This document shows, one piece after another, positions 1 to 13,033 of a stretch of 64,000 bases of DNA (the first letter of the stretch is position 1; every line of letters starts with the position of its first letter). The translations under genes and the position numbers were made by a program. The DNA is taken from assembly GCA_951406725.2 (NCBI GenBank), contig OX597815.1:171988001-172052000 (forward strand), read 5' to 3'. The notes below the pieces were generated by a model, which was not told where the DNA came from, searched no databases, and was given only the letters and a program-made list of their open reading frames with translations. Source of the DNA: Octopus vulgaris. Taxonomy: Eukaryota.

Positions 1-374
1 ACTCCAGTTTAGGTACTAAAGTAATGTAAAATGAAATGACTGGATTCCACACAGTTTCCAACTATCAATTTCTTCCACAGGCTTGGGTTCATTTCAGACT
101 CCATCAGTAGCCATTTGTATTGTGCAGTGAGGTCAAACTGAAAAAAGGAACTTCTTGAATATATATACATGCATATGTACAAACATAAATATATATGAGG
201 TACAGGTATAGTTGTGTGGTTAAGAGATTTACTTTGCAACCATAGGTTTTCAAATTTGATCATACTTCTTGATACTTCGAGCAAATGTCTTCTACTATTG
301 TTTGGATTGGCCAATTCCTTGTGAGTGTAAAATTTGGTATACAGAAGTCTGTTGTATATATATACATATCTATC

Positions 375-415
<41 letters not shown>

Positions 416-676
416 ATGGTGGTGGTGGCTGTTGATTCAGGTGAGTGTCAAGGGTTTTAAGTCAAGTGTAACTTACACAACACCACAATGACTCACTAGC
501 AATACCAAGGATCTCGTAGACAAGCAAAACAAAATATCAGGGTCAGCAGCAGGTTGCATAAACGAGTTAGCCTTCTCTTTGAAGAATATCTTAACAAAGA
601 ACAGGAGTCCTTCACTGCCAGTAGGTTTACTGCAACCTCAGACACCAGCCCAAGTATTTCTACACACATACATATG

Positions 677-712
<36 letters not shown>

Positions 713-721
713 TATACATAT

Positions 722-1163
722 GTGAAATAGAAAGATGAATAATCTTGTTGCAGATTAATCAAAAGTTTAACCGATACCTTGGTAGCAAAAATCACAGCAG
801 AAGACAGCACGGTTGGAGGTACAACCATATGGTGTTGCAACCGTGCGTTGGTGCAGATAATTGAATTTTAATATTATTAGTGAATTGAAGAAATGGAGTT
901 GAACGAAGATTGAACAGAAATCGTTTTATTTCATTCTACACGTGTTTCGAAAGGCACAATTTACCAAATTCCGATTGAATAATGAGACCATATTGTGTCT
1001 TTCTCTTCTATTCCTATTTCTTCCTGAAGAGAAAGACACAATATGGTCTTATTATTCAATCGGAATTTGGTAAATTGTGCCTTTCGAAACACGTGTAGAA
1101 TGAAATAAAACGATTTCTGTTCAATCTTCGTTCAACTCCATTTCTTCAATTCACTAATAATAT
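722..1163. mobile_element. Non-coding fold-back element carrying a hammerhead (PLE terminal-repeat-like)
   Basis: Inverted arms 871-1008 and 1026-1163 (138 bp, one mismatch) around a 17-nt spacer. Flanked by (TA)n tracts. Confidence 0.75.
1015..1107 (+). ncRNA. Type I hammerhead ribozyme
   Basis: tatttcttc-CTGAAGA(1024-1030), stem II gaaagacacaat/attgtgcctttc, GAAA(1086-1089)-C-ACGT-G-TA, then gaa(t)gaaata. Predicted cleavage after GUA at 1097. Confidence 0.8.
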
Positions 1164-1185
1164 ATATATACATATATATATATAT

Positions 1186-1752
1186 CATCATTTAATGTCT
1201 GTTGTCCATGCTGGCATAGGTTGGATGGTTTGACCAGGCTGGCACACTGGAAGGTTGCCCCAGACTTCAGTTTGATTTGACATGGTTTTCTATGGCTGAA
1301 TGCCCTTCCTAACATCAACTACTCTGAAAGTGTAATGTGTGCTTTTATGTGACACCGATATCTGTCACAACTGTGATTTTGCTTGGCTTGATGGGTCTTC
1401 TCAAGCATGACATAATGCCAAAGATCTCAGATATTACCTCCATGAGGCCCAACACTCGAAAGGAACTCAGCCACTTTGCCTCCGTGAGGCCCAATGCTTG
1501 AAAGGTGTTCTTTATGTGCCACCAGCATGGGTGCCAGTTACCATGATTATGATTTCACTAGGTTTGATGGGTCCTCTGAAGCACAGTACATTGCCAAATG
1601 TCCCAGTCACTAGTTACTGCCTCTATGAGGCTCAAAGTTCGAAGATCATGCTTCACCACCTCATCCCATGTCTTCCTGGGTTTACCTCTTCCACAAGTTC
1701 CCTCCACAGTTAGAGATTGGCACTTCTTTACACAGCTGTCCTGGTCCATATG
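1186..1752 (-). mobile_element. RTE-clade LINE 3' end (same family)
   Basis: ORF 1558-1758 'VEGTCGRGKPRKTWDEVVKHDL' and the shared 3' UTR. Confidence 0.85.
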
Positions 1753-1883
1753 CCCCACCTTTTCCCCAAAATTTCAGGCCTTGTGCCTATAGTAGAAAGG
1801 GATATGTAACATGATTTGAAAAGTTATTGAAAAATTAAAGAATTATAAGCCACAAAAGTTATTTTAACTCAAAATACAAATAT

Positions 1884-1917
<34 letters not shown>

Positions 1918-2203
1918 ATCAATAATTGAGGGTAAAATTAATTAGTTATTAATTAATTTCACCAAGTAGTGTTCAGTATGTAAAAGGACCATTTAAGGCG
2001 TATTCAAAATATTACATTATGTAATTAGGGCTTAGTAAAATAAATTACTTTGCCACATACTGAACTTTCTAGAAATAGCAGCCAAAAAGTTTTTTAGCCA
2101 TTTCCACTACTTTAAGAAAAATTCTCCTAGATAATGTTTACTCAAAAATAACTCAAGAAGATATGGAGGTAAAACAGTAAAATATCACAAGTACAAAGAT
2201 CAT

Positions 2204-2265
2204 TTGAGAACGTCACGTTTCTAGATTAGCTGAAATAAAACTCAGCATTTCCTTCGTCAGCTCAA
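2204..2265 (-). ncRNA. Type I hammerhead ribozyme, inverted copy of 2583-2644
   Basis: The reverse complement keeps CTGACGA, GAAACGTGACGTT and the ttgag/ctcaa stem I. Confidence 0.7.
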
Positions 2266-2582
2266 CATTTCTTAATTTTGGACTTGAAAGCACTAAAAGA
2301 ATGAACATACCTGTCCGGCAATGTATCACCTCAGACAAACACCCTCAAACTGCCAGTACTAGCAAATTCAAAATGTACAAGCGAAGATTCATGCTCCTTT
2401 CCTCTTCCACCCACGTGAGTTATCTAGTAAACATACTATAACGGTGAGAACCGTAGTAACAGGACAGGGAGAAAGGAATTATAATATCAATAATTGAGGG
2501 TAAAATTAATTAGTTATTAATCAATTTCACCAAGTAGTGTTCAGTATGTAAAAGGACCATTTAAGGTGTATTCAAAGAAATG

Positions 2583-2644
2583 TTGAGCTGACGAAGGAAA
2601 TGCTGAGTTTTATTTCGGCTAATCTCGAAACGTGACGTTCTCAA
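2583..2644 (+). ncRNA. Type I hammerhead ribozyme (GUU triplet)
   Basis: ttgag-CTGACGA(2588-2594), interrupted stem II, GAAA(2627-2630)-CG-TGA-CG-TT, then ctcaa. Confidence 0.72.
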
Positions 2645-2839
2645 ATGATCTTTATACTTGTGATATTTTACTGTTTTACCTCCATATCTTCGTGAGTTAT
2701 TTTTGAGTAAACATTATCTGGGAGAATTTTTCTTAAGGTAGTGGAAATGGCTAAAAAACTTTTTGGCTGCTATTTCTAGAAAGTTCAGTATGTGGCAAAG
2801 TAATTTATTTTACTAAGCCCTAATTACATAATTTAATAT

Positions 2840-2887
<48 letters not shown>

Positions 2888-3074
2888 CTTCTATCTCTTA
2901 CTTGTATCAGTCATTTGACCACCTTGAAAAATTTGTGTCAAATGAATTGAGTCCAGTACTAATTATTTTTGTAAAGCTTGGTACTTATTTTATCGATATT
3001 TTTTGTTGAACTGCCAAGTTACAGAGATTGAAACATACTAACATCAGTTGTCAAGTAATGGTGGATGACAAGCA

Positions 3075-3128
<54 letters not shown>

Positions 3129-4572
3129 CAATGGGCTCCTTTCAGTTTCCATCTACCAAATCTACTCACAAGACTTAGTCAGCCTGAAGCTATAACAGAA
3201 GACTCTGTAATATAGCAGATTTATTTTTCCTCTTTCCCACCATTAAGTAAGAAAGAGGAATCCTCTTGAGCCAATATGTACACCTCTAGAAAGCTGTTTT
3301 AGCTATCAAAATAGACAATGCGCCCTCAAACCACTTTCTTACTAACTTGAAAAATGGCACAATGAATAATTTAGTCCAGTATAAATCATTCCTGAAGAAG
3401 GGAGTTTGAATGATCATGGATTAGATACTTTTGATCATAGATCAGACATGGATAACCTTTTTCAAGCAGTGGGCTACATGAAACATGCCTCATCATCATC
3501 AGGTAGTCTGTACTGCCAAAAAATATGCAAGGTAATTTCAGAAAGCCTCACAGGACACAGGTTGCCCATGACTGCCATAAATCTTCTAAATTAGGACAGA
3601 CTTGAGGCTAAACAACAGCAACAACAACAACATCAATAATAATATGCAAGTAGTCATTTGTATAGTTTATTTCTTTATTTAAAAGAATTTACACTGCCGC
3701 TCAGAAAAGCTATAAGTAGCTGATAATTTACAATGTTCTTTTATGAACTCCCATCATATAGATTGGGAAATACTATGTACAATAGTCTTCTATGTCATCA
3801 AACAAACATTTTCAAAACCACAAATGTATATGACTGCATTATTTTAACAAAGAATGTGAAAATATCCAGATGGTGCACACCTTAGTAGTTACTGAAATGT
3901 TGCACATGTTTGTTGTGATGTCAAATAAATGTTGAAGAAAACCATATACAGGTAATTAGTTCCAAAGCAAGAAGATATTATAAACGAGAAAATGCTTCTA
4001 TATTTGTATAAAACAATTGCAAGAGAAAATGGTGAAGAGCATTTTTACATTCAAAAGATTAATTTAGATTGGAAAATTGGTCTGAGAAAACCAAATATAC
4101 CATTGGTTACTATTTTGAATTAGTTAAGTCAAGTACATTTACATCATGTTGTAGGGACTATGCAAAAGATTTCACAAGTTTATAAGGATCAGGTCAGATG
4201 CATTATTAGATAAACTGAAGCTTTTGACCTTATTATCAATGACAAGGAGCCCAATAACAAAGCAGATCATCTGGTATTGAGTGCATGGCATCTTTTATAT
4301 TATGTACCATTCCTTATAGAAATGGAAGAGGATTTCAATGCCATTGAACATGATTAGTGTCATGATGATGTTGATCCTTACGATCAGTAATGATCACCAC
4401 TATCACTACCTCCTCCCCCCTCCTCCTCCACCACCACCACTACCATTTATCTGTTTAGCCATGCTGCCACAGTTTGGTTGGGTTTGCAGTAAACTATATA
4501 TCTAAATCCTGCATCATTTCAATATCTGTAAAGCCAAACATTTTGAAATCTGACTTTGTTTTGCTTACACCC

Positions 4573-4576
<4 letters not shown>

Positions 4577-4653
<77 letters not shown>
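4577..4653. repeat. (CT)n microsatellite
   Basis: Direct reading. Confidence 0.97.
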
Positions 4654-4661
<8 letters not shown>

Positions 4662-6454
4662 ACTCTCTACTAATTTTCATACAGAGAGAAATTCTTCATT
4701 GTCAACAATTCAGTTCCACCTTTTCTTATTTTAACTACTATAATTTCAAATGCAACATCCTCTGGCATTAAGTGAGTTCGATTGATCAGAGAAACTGTCT
4801 GATTCATTTAGCAAGTTATCTGTGCAGTTCATTGACCATTTTATGGATGTCCTTCTAATGACTACTTCAGTTCATCTAGTATATTTGGTATTCTATCACT
4901 CTCTCAGAGATCTCACATCATCTTATAGGTACCATTACTTGCTTCAATTTCTCTCTTACAAACAAAAGCACTTTAGTCTTTGCAATGTTAACTTTCAAAT
5001 TTTAGACCATTCTTCTAGTTTTGGAACATAAGAGATTCATAAATGAGAACAAGGTCATTAGCATATAAAATTCCCAACACAAGAACTTGTTTTAAGGTCT
5101 TCTAATAAATTGCAGGGAACTAATGACAGATCTACACCAATCTGTACACTTAATTCATTACTGAATTCACTTCTAAATCCTTTCTTACAGGACTTTTACC
5201 CATGGCTGAAACAACAACACTCTCAAGCTAACTTTCTTCTTAGCATTTCCAGACTACTGAATTTAAGCTTTTTCTAAAGTGTGAAATAATGTGGTTTTTT
5301 TTTAATATTTGCAACGTCACAAAGTAAGTCAGCAAGATGAAGCATATCTCTCTTTATATCAGAGATTTTACCTACTATTTTAGAAGTAAAATATGCAATT
5401 GTCACATGCATGTCTTCTCAAGTATGTAAAATGATTTTCTCCAGTAACTAAAACTGGGTCTTAGATTGATTGGCTCTCACAAAGTACCCATCACCAGAAA
5501 AAATATTTAATTTATGAAAGTACTAAACATGAAAAGAAAGCAAAATCCCAAACAAACCCAAATCATCAGTTTCTGAAATAACCTAAAATCATACGATGGC
5601 AAGAGAACATTTAAGTCCATAATTATCTCTAGATTAATCATTTAACTGTAAAAGTAAATTTCATGGTTATTTCTATAATCATGTTAAATATCTAGACTAT
5701 ATAGACTGGATATTTTGTGTAGGTCACGTTACCTCAATAAATTTGACATAACTCAACAAAAGATAGATTAAGGTTATTTCTGCAAAGGTAATGAGATTTT
5801 GAGCAGATACATCTGATTTCCACTGTAAAAGACTTCAAACACAAGTCAGACTCATACTCAGATTTCTAAATGTTCATACAATTATCTAGACCTGTGGCTA
5901 CTTCATCAGAACAGTGCTCATTTAAAATAGATGTTTTGATTGCCTAATAAAAAATAATTTATTAGGAAAGTAGACTTAGGTTTATATAATAAAAGAATTT
6001 CTGAATCAAAATTGATTTGAGGCTTATAATACCATAGCATCTGTAAACAAAGGAAGTTGCAATAACCAAATCGATATTAGATGATCGTTTACAAACCAAA
6101 ATTAAAAGAAAACAGCAACGCAATTTCAACCAATAATCTATCGGTGTGCAAACATTGCAAATAGAATATTGTTGAGTTTTCGACAATTTCATTCAGCTCA
6201 ATTGAAAGCCCAAACCAAATATTTCATATTTAACAACTTTATTTTAGCAATAAAAAGTTACACATTTCACAGTTATTTTCATACAAAAAAAAAAAAAATC
6301 TAATTTTCTTATTAACCTGAATGCTCTTAGTTTTCAAATATTTCTGAAAATATTTCTGGGAAGTTTTCTTTATTACTTAATTTTAAAATTGTAATATTAC
6401 AGTTTTTTTAATTTTTAATTTTTTTCCATTTATATATTTTTACAGAGATTCTTG

Positions 6455-7402
6455 TCAGTGGTTAATAGGCTGCACTGTGGCCCTTTTGAAACAAGTATTC
6501 AAACGTAACATCCGAATAAACGCATTTCGAAATTTTGGCACTTTCCATCCATATATAACTGGGTTGACAGCAGAATTAAGTAGCTGGATGATGATGGAAA
6601 AACGAATCAAAACTTCATTTGCATCCGGACTACTAAATACCTGTACTACAGCCAAAATGCAAGCTGGGAAGTTTAAAATTCCGAAAAGAATGGTGATGCA
6701 ACACAATTTGTAAGTGAAACTAATGTCATCTGGGCGATGGCCAGTTACTGACACAGCGGAGTGACGAGCATAGTAAAAAATACGGGCATAGAAATAAAGA
6801 GTTAATAACAACGGTGAAAAGAGTAATGATAGTGGCACCATCAGAAGGGCTGAAATTGTTGCATTTCCTCTCAAAAACACACATGCACGTGTCTTGTTGT
6901 CATAGGTGACATTAAGTGCTCCAGTCCACATGACAGCCATGAAGGAAGCACCAAAAGCCAAACACCAAACTGTTGATAAAATGAGGAACACGTTACGTTT
7001 AGTAAAAGTGTTCTCGTACTGAGACCTGGTCTTCATCGTCAATACAAAACGATTATATGAAATGGCAGCTAGTGTATTTATTGAAGTATAGACGAAGGTG
7101 GCTTGTGCTACCACCGTTACATGACATAAGCCAAAAGGTTGTCTGGCAAACATCATCATTGTACGTAGAGGAATTACGAAGAGGCACAAAATCAGATCAG
7201 CGACAGCTAAATTACATACAAAAGACTTTGCTTTGGTTCGAAGTTCATCAAACAAAAATATAGCCAGGATGACTAAAGAGTTGCTGAATGTGCCCACAGC
7301 TGAGATTAGTCCCAATAAGGTGACCTGAAGGGCAACAGTCCAGCAACGTGCAAAATCACACGAGCTGTCGGAGTTCACTTCTTCCATGGTTAGGTTATCC
7401 AT
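6455..7402 (-). CDS. Intronless class A (rhodopsin-like) GPCR, 315 aa, melatonin-receptor-like/orphan type
   Basis: Seven hydrophobic segments. TM1 'FSNSLVI', TM2 'NLAVAD', Cys at the top of TM3, 'ISYNRF' at the DRY position, TM4 Trp, ECL2 Cys 'RACVF', TM7 'NSAVNPVIY' and helix 8 'PKFRNAF'. N-terminal NLT sequon. Confidence 0.93.
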   Translation of the reverse strand: MDNLTMEEVNSDSSCDFARCWTVALQVTLLGLISAVGTFSNSLVILAIFLFDELRTKAKSFVCNLAVADLILCLFVIPLRTMMMFARQPFGLCHVTVVAQATFVYTSINTLAAISYNRFVLTMKTRSQYENTFTKRNVFLILSTVWCLAFGASFMAVMWTGALNVTYDNKTRACVFLRGNATISALLMVPLSLLFSPLLLTLYFYARIFYYARHSAVSVTGHRPDDISFTYKLCCITILFGILNFPACILAVVQVFSSPDANEVLIRFSIIIQLLNSAVNPVIYGWKVPKFRNAFIRMLRLNTCFKRATVQPINH

Positions 7403-7684
7403 TCACAAAGCAATCAGTTAAAAATCAGTTATAATGCTTAAATTTTTATCAACAGCAGCAATAAGAGCAACAATAACAGCAAAAGAGAGAAATATAGATA
7501 TGCATACATATATATGTGTTTGTGTGAGAGTGTATATGCGTGCGCGCACACGCGCACGGAGTTAGGAAGTCGCAGAAAGAGAAAGAGAAAGCTAAGAAAT
7601 AAATTGAACTATAGTACAAAAATATGTTGTCTTGAATAAAATCTGAATAAAATATTATCCAATCAATGTTTTTTGCATATATCA

Positions 7685-7760
7685 AACTTCATAGATGTAG
7701 ACCAACAATTTGGAAGAGAAACAACTTCATAGATGTAGACCAACAATTTGGAAGAGAAAC
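7685..7760. repeat. Perfect 38-bp tandem duplication upstream of the GPCR
   Basis: AACTTCATAGATGTAGACCAACAATTTGGAAGAGAAAC x2. Confidence 0.95.
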
Positions 7761-8563
7761 AGCGAAAATTGTATTCCAAGTTAAAAATATAATTTTTCAG
7801 GTAGATTTCAGAAGATCTTTTGCATTATTTAGCAGGCGATTCTTAATCACCTTATAAAAAGGGAATTTATTTTCAATACAACAGTTGAAAACGTTCATTA
7901 TTATTGATATTTTATTATTAATTTACTAATTGGAATAATATTGTTGACTGGATGCCAGTTTGTTGACTGAAGGTGTGTTGTAGATAAAAAATATTTGTGC
8001 TATAGCTACAAAAAGGTAAAGAGATATTATTTTATGAGCAGCACAGATTTGGTTCTGAATATTATTTTGTAGAATGAATATATATCTGAATATACTGTGT
8101 GTGACAACAAGCAGTTACAAAGGTATCATACAATATTTATTGATATTGGTTACTAATAAATTTCAAAGACCAATAATATTTTGTTGCACAAGATGTAGGA
8201 AAAAACTTTTTGATGACTTGATAATTAATTTAGATAATATTTAGAAAAATAAGCAATATATTATTATATGTTTGTTATTTTTGCAATTATTTTTCTAAAT
8301 AAATATGTATGTAATTTCATTCTTTTCATTGATGTCACACAACTATTTCCAATAATTTCTTCATATTTTATCATTGTTGCCGGAAATGTTAAGCAACCTC
8401 TTCTTTCTTTCTGGTTTTAGAAGAAGTAGATATATCCGAGTTAGTTATTCTAAAAAGAAAGCAATAATTAATTTTAAAATCATTTTATGAATAAAATAAT
8501 AACAAAGAAACGAAAATATGTTGTTAGTGTCTTTGTGTGTGTATAGAATTGAAATAGTTAAGT

Positions 8564-8641
8564 AGTAGTGGTGGTGGTGGTGGTGGTGGTGGTGGTGGTG
8601 GTGGTGGTGGTAGTAGTAGTAGTAGTTGTTGGAGGAGGAGG
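8564..8641. repeat. (GGT)n/(AGT)n compound microsatellite
   Basis: Direct reading. Confidence 0.95.
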
Positions 8642-11242
8642 AATAGCGTCCATGATGTTTGATAGACTTTCTTTGACGGGTGAGATTGGTCATGTCTGAT
8701 CATAAGTAAGTCAATGTTTGGGAGGAAAATTGGAAGCAAAGAAGGAACCAAGAGGGGAAGGGTATTTTTCCAATCCCTTTAACAGAATAAACTCCACCAC
8801 ATATGTTTCGAGGATCTGGTAGTGTCATAAATTTATTGTGATGCCAGCACAGGTGACAATCAGCGAGCTAGCAGATTCATTAGCATACTGGACAAAATGC
8901 TTCGCAACAGTTCTTCTGGTTTTACAATCTGAGCTCAAATTTTGCTGAGGATTACTTTGTCTTTCATCTTTTCAGGGTTGATAAAGTAAGTGCCAGTTGA
9001 GCACTGGGGTTGATGTAATTGACTAGGTGCTTCCCCAAAAATTTCAGACCTTATGCCTATAGCAGAAAAAATTATTACTATAAGTTCAAATCCCACCCAT
9101 GTCAACTTTGCCTTTCATCCTTTTGGGGTTGATAAAATAAGTACCAGTTGAGCACTGGGATCAATGTAAGCAACTTAACCTCTTCCCCAAAATTGCTGGC
9201 TTTGTACCAAAACTTGAAACCAACATAAAATTATAAAAAAAAAAATGAGGAGAAAGATGCATGTATGGTGGAAAGAGGCAGAGATGCAGCAGAATAAGTA
9301 CAAAGAGAATTAATAGTTTAACAGAAAATAAAAACTTTGGTTGTATCATTAGTTATGAGCTGGTTGAATTCATTCATTCAAATTTATGCTTTTCACAAAA
9401 GGCGTTTTTCACTAGTTGTGTAGTGTGTGTGTGTGTGTAAAGGAGGAAGGGAGAAAAAAATAACTGATTTTTACAATCATGTTATGCAAACAATATTCAT
9501 TACTATACATTTGTAGATACTCCAAAAATATTGTAATATTGGATTGTCAAATAAAATCATTCAGTTTTTTTCTTTTTTCCTACCTATTGAATCCTTTCCA
9601 ATGTTATTTAAATTAACACAAAAACTATTTTTATTGCAGTGATTTAAGCTTATTTTTTTGTCGCTCTATTCTTTCTCTGCAGTTTTTGCTTATTGTCTTT
9701 GAAATTTGAATAAATTTTACCTCTTTTTAAACATATAACAATGGAAAGCCAAGTATGTAACAAAAAAAAAATGAACAACCTTATCTGACTATCCAACAGT
9801 TATGCCCATGTCATATCAAAGGTCGATTTCCATGCAGGAGAATTTAGTTTTAAAGTATTTCACCAGACAAAATTGAATAATAATTGAAAGTCTATAATAC
9901 ATACTGAAATATGCAACTCATAAAAGCTTATCTAACTATGCTCTGCTCAGTCATACATCTTTATCTTTCTCTAACTACTTAATTTTGTTAAGTAGTCTTT
10001 CTTAATAAAATTTTGATAGTTAAAAGAGTATAAAATACCTGAAATTTTTGAACAATATGGTTTTATTTTTTAACATATCTTTTGTTAATATTTTATGTAT
10101 TTTTAATATATATAAATTTAATACACTTAATATATTTTTGATATACAACATAAATGTATGGCATGTTGGCCAAAATGCTTAGCAGCATTTTGACGGTCTT
10201 TACATTCTAAGTTCAAATCCTGCCAAGGTTGACTATATCTTTCATCCTTTTAGGGGTTAATAAAACAAGTACCAGTTGACCTCTGAAGTCAATGTAATTG
10301 ATTTATCCTTCCCAGAAATTGCTTGCCTTGTGCCAAAATTTGAAACCTATATATATATATATATATATAAATGAATTTATTATAATATTTGATATATTTT
10401 AATATATATATAAACTTCATCTTTAATATATCAAAAAGAAAAAGACAATATTAATGTTTAGAAAAAATCACTATAAAACTTTTTAACCAGACACATGGTC
10501 ATTTTTGTTATTCTTCACTCATCCACCCTTACACACACACGCATATACAAACCACATAATTAAAACTTATGTCTAGTATGATTTTGGAAAAGAAACAAAT
10601 GATTTATATCATATTTTTGTTAGTTTTACTCAATATATATTCCATTGGTCTAAAATGAAAATGGAATCCTGTTCTGAGACAGAAGGACCCATATGGCTAG
10701 TCTTTATGTTCGGTTTCAATAGAGTACAAACATTTCATGGGACATAATGTTTATTTAGTACATGTAGGTTTTTGTCCTCGGAAGAATCCAACAATGCTTT
10801 TGCTGTATACTTCTGTGAATTATAACTCTAACTGTATCTATTCATATTTATAGTTAACATTAACAGCTGAGTGTCTACAAGCCACAGACTAAACTTACTA
10901 CTGATGATAGCATACAAACTGTGGACTCTTTGCCTTGTTATTCATTGCCTCATTAACTTGAGCTTTTTATATAGAGTGATCAGGTGCATTATAACTCATT
11001 GGAAAATGGCAAAAGCAAGGGCAGAAAACAGCAATAAGTCAAGTAAAGGAACACAACTATGAACTCCAAAATCAAACACAAAAAGATAGAAAAGGAACAG
11101 TAAAAGAGTTATAAAGACAAAAGGGTGCATAGGCATGTCAGGAGTAGTTATTGGCAAATATTGGGAAGCATGGAATTTTTGAAGAATGCAATGTATTGAT
11201 AGCTAACCACTGAGGTGGATATACTTCCTGTTTATTTATGCA

Positions 11243-11347
<105 letters not shown>

Positions 11348-11960
11348 TGATCTAATTTACTAAAACATTACCTTCAAGAAAAGATTACAGGATATCAGTC
11401 TTGGAATTTAAAGTGCTCAGTCTGTTACTTTTTGAAGTTTGACATATTTAATTTGACACATGCCCGTTGCTAAGGGCAGCACTGTCCCTCACTATTCACT
11501 AGTGTACCCTCAGATTTACTCCACTTTAGTGACTTCACTTTAACATTATTACAAATTAGTGCTCACCCGGAAAATTCTGAAGCACTCTTAGGCACCAAAG
11601 TCTGATGACAAGCTTGATTTGACTCTATCTGGGGATATTAAAGCTCCACAAAAAGCAGAATGCATGTTATTGGATTGAACATTTTCCCAGTTGAAGAAAC
11701 AAAAAGTTTTGTCTTAAGAATGCTGGAGATACAAACATGGTCATATGGATAAGTAATGCATATACATACTGCGTTAAAATCTATTATTAGTTGGTTGTTG
11801 CATAGATTAATGAAGAAAGATTGGAAATGAAGTTGAGTTAGGAGTTGATGTATGATATTGGATGGAGAATGGCAAATCAGTATAATCCAGGCCAGTGTTG
11901 TAAAACAATCATGAAAGTAACAATGATAATAATGAACATGAGGAATATGATGATAATGAA

Positions 11961-11997
<37 letters not shown>

Positions 11998-12560
11998 TTG
12001 ACGACGATGGTAGTAGTTGTGACAATGGGGGTGGTGATTGTTGTAGTGGTTGTTACAGTAATAACGATTATGAATACAGCGGTGAATTCGAAAATTTTTA
12101 ATATAAATTTTTACAATGATGTTCAAATAGTTTGAAATGAAATTAAATATCCAAATTGAAACTAAAAGCATACACATTCAGTGTTGGCCTCTGTACCCCA
12201 CAAACAGGTTACAAGTTTCCAGATTATGTCTGCTTTGCATTCATTCTAACAATATTACCTGTAATTGTTTCTCACATTCCATATACTTATGTGCAAGTAA
12301 TACACATTCCCTCATGACTACAATGCGTTTTTAGAAATACATTGAAGATTATATTTCATTTCTATTCTGATCTCCACATTTGATTCTAATGATACTTTGC
12401 AAGGCTTACAACTTTTGATGTAATAATGCAGAAACATAAGCATTAAAAATGCTTTTGTAGAGCAGGAATCCCCCAAGCACCAGGCTGTGAATCATTTGGT
12501 ACTGGGCCACTCTGTAAGAATAAGTTTTTCAATTTTATTTCTGATTTTTTTTTGGTGGGT

Positions 12561-12898
12561 GAAGGTGCATGGCTCAGTGATTAGAGTGTCAGGCTCACAA
12601 TCACGAGGTAATGAGTTCGATTTCTGGACTGCGCTGTGAGTTGTGTTCTTGAGCAAGACACTTTATTCCACATTGCTCCAGTTCACTCAATTGTAGAAAT
12701 AAGTTGCGACATCACTGGCATTTACTGTATCGGCATTTACCCTTCTCTAGAATAATATCAGTGGCATGGTGAGGCAAGGCTGGTATGCATGGACAACTGC
12801 TGATCTTCCATAAATAACCTTGACCAGACTTGGGCCTCGAAGGGTAACTATCTAGAAGCAATCCCATGGTCATTCAGACTGAAGGGTGTCTTTACCCT
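12561..12898 (+). mobile_element. tRNA-derived SINE family E (related copies at 34750-35080 and 39445-39780 on minus)
   Basis: TGGCTCAGTG A-box and GAGTTCGATTTC B-box, then the TTCTTGAGCAAGACACTTTATT core. Confidence 0.78.
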
Positions 12899-12943
12899 TT
12901 TTATTTCTGTTTTAAAGACTTGCAGTCTGCAGGATGTTTTTGC

Positions 12944-12945
<2 letters not shown>

Positions 12946-13030
<85 letters not shown>
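12946..13030. repeat. (TA)n microsatellite
   Basis: Direct reading. Confidence 0.96.

Positions 13031-13033
<3 letters not shown>

Larger units (their letters stand above)
1916..2845. mobile_element. Non-coding direct-plus-inverted repeat element with two hammerheads (PLE pseudo-LTR-like)
   Basis: Direct repeat 1916-2008 / 2484-2576. Inverted repeat 2003-2273 / 2575-2845. (TA)n on both flanks. Confidence 0.8.

Noticed and set aside
3470-3510. Minus-strand CTAC-CTGATGA-hairpin-GTAG
   Set aside because: Lacks GAAA and stem III.
11638-12177. His-rich and Met-rich ORFs
   Set aside because: (GAT)n low-complexity sequence with no domain or supported splice structure.
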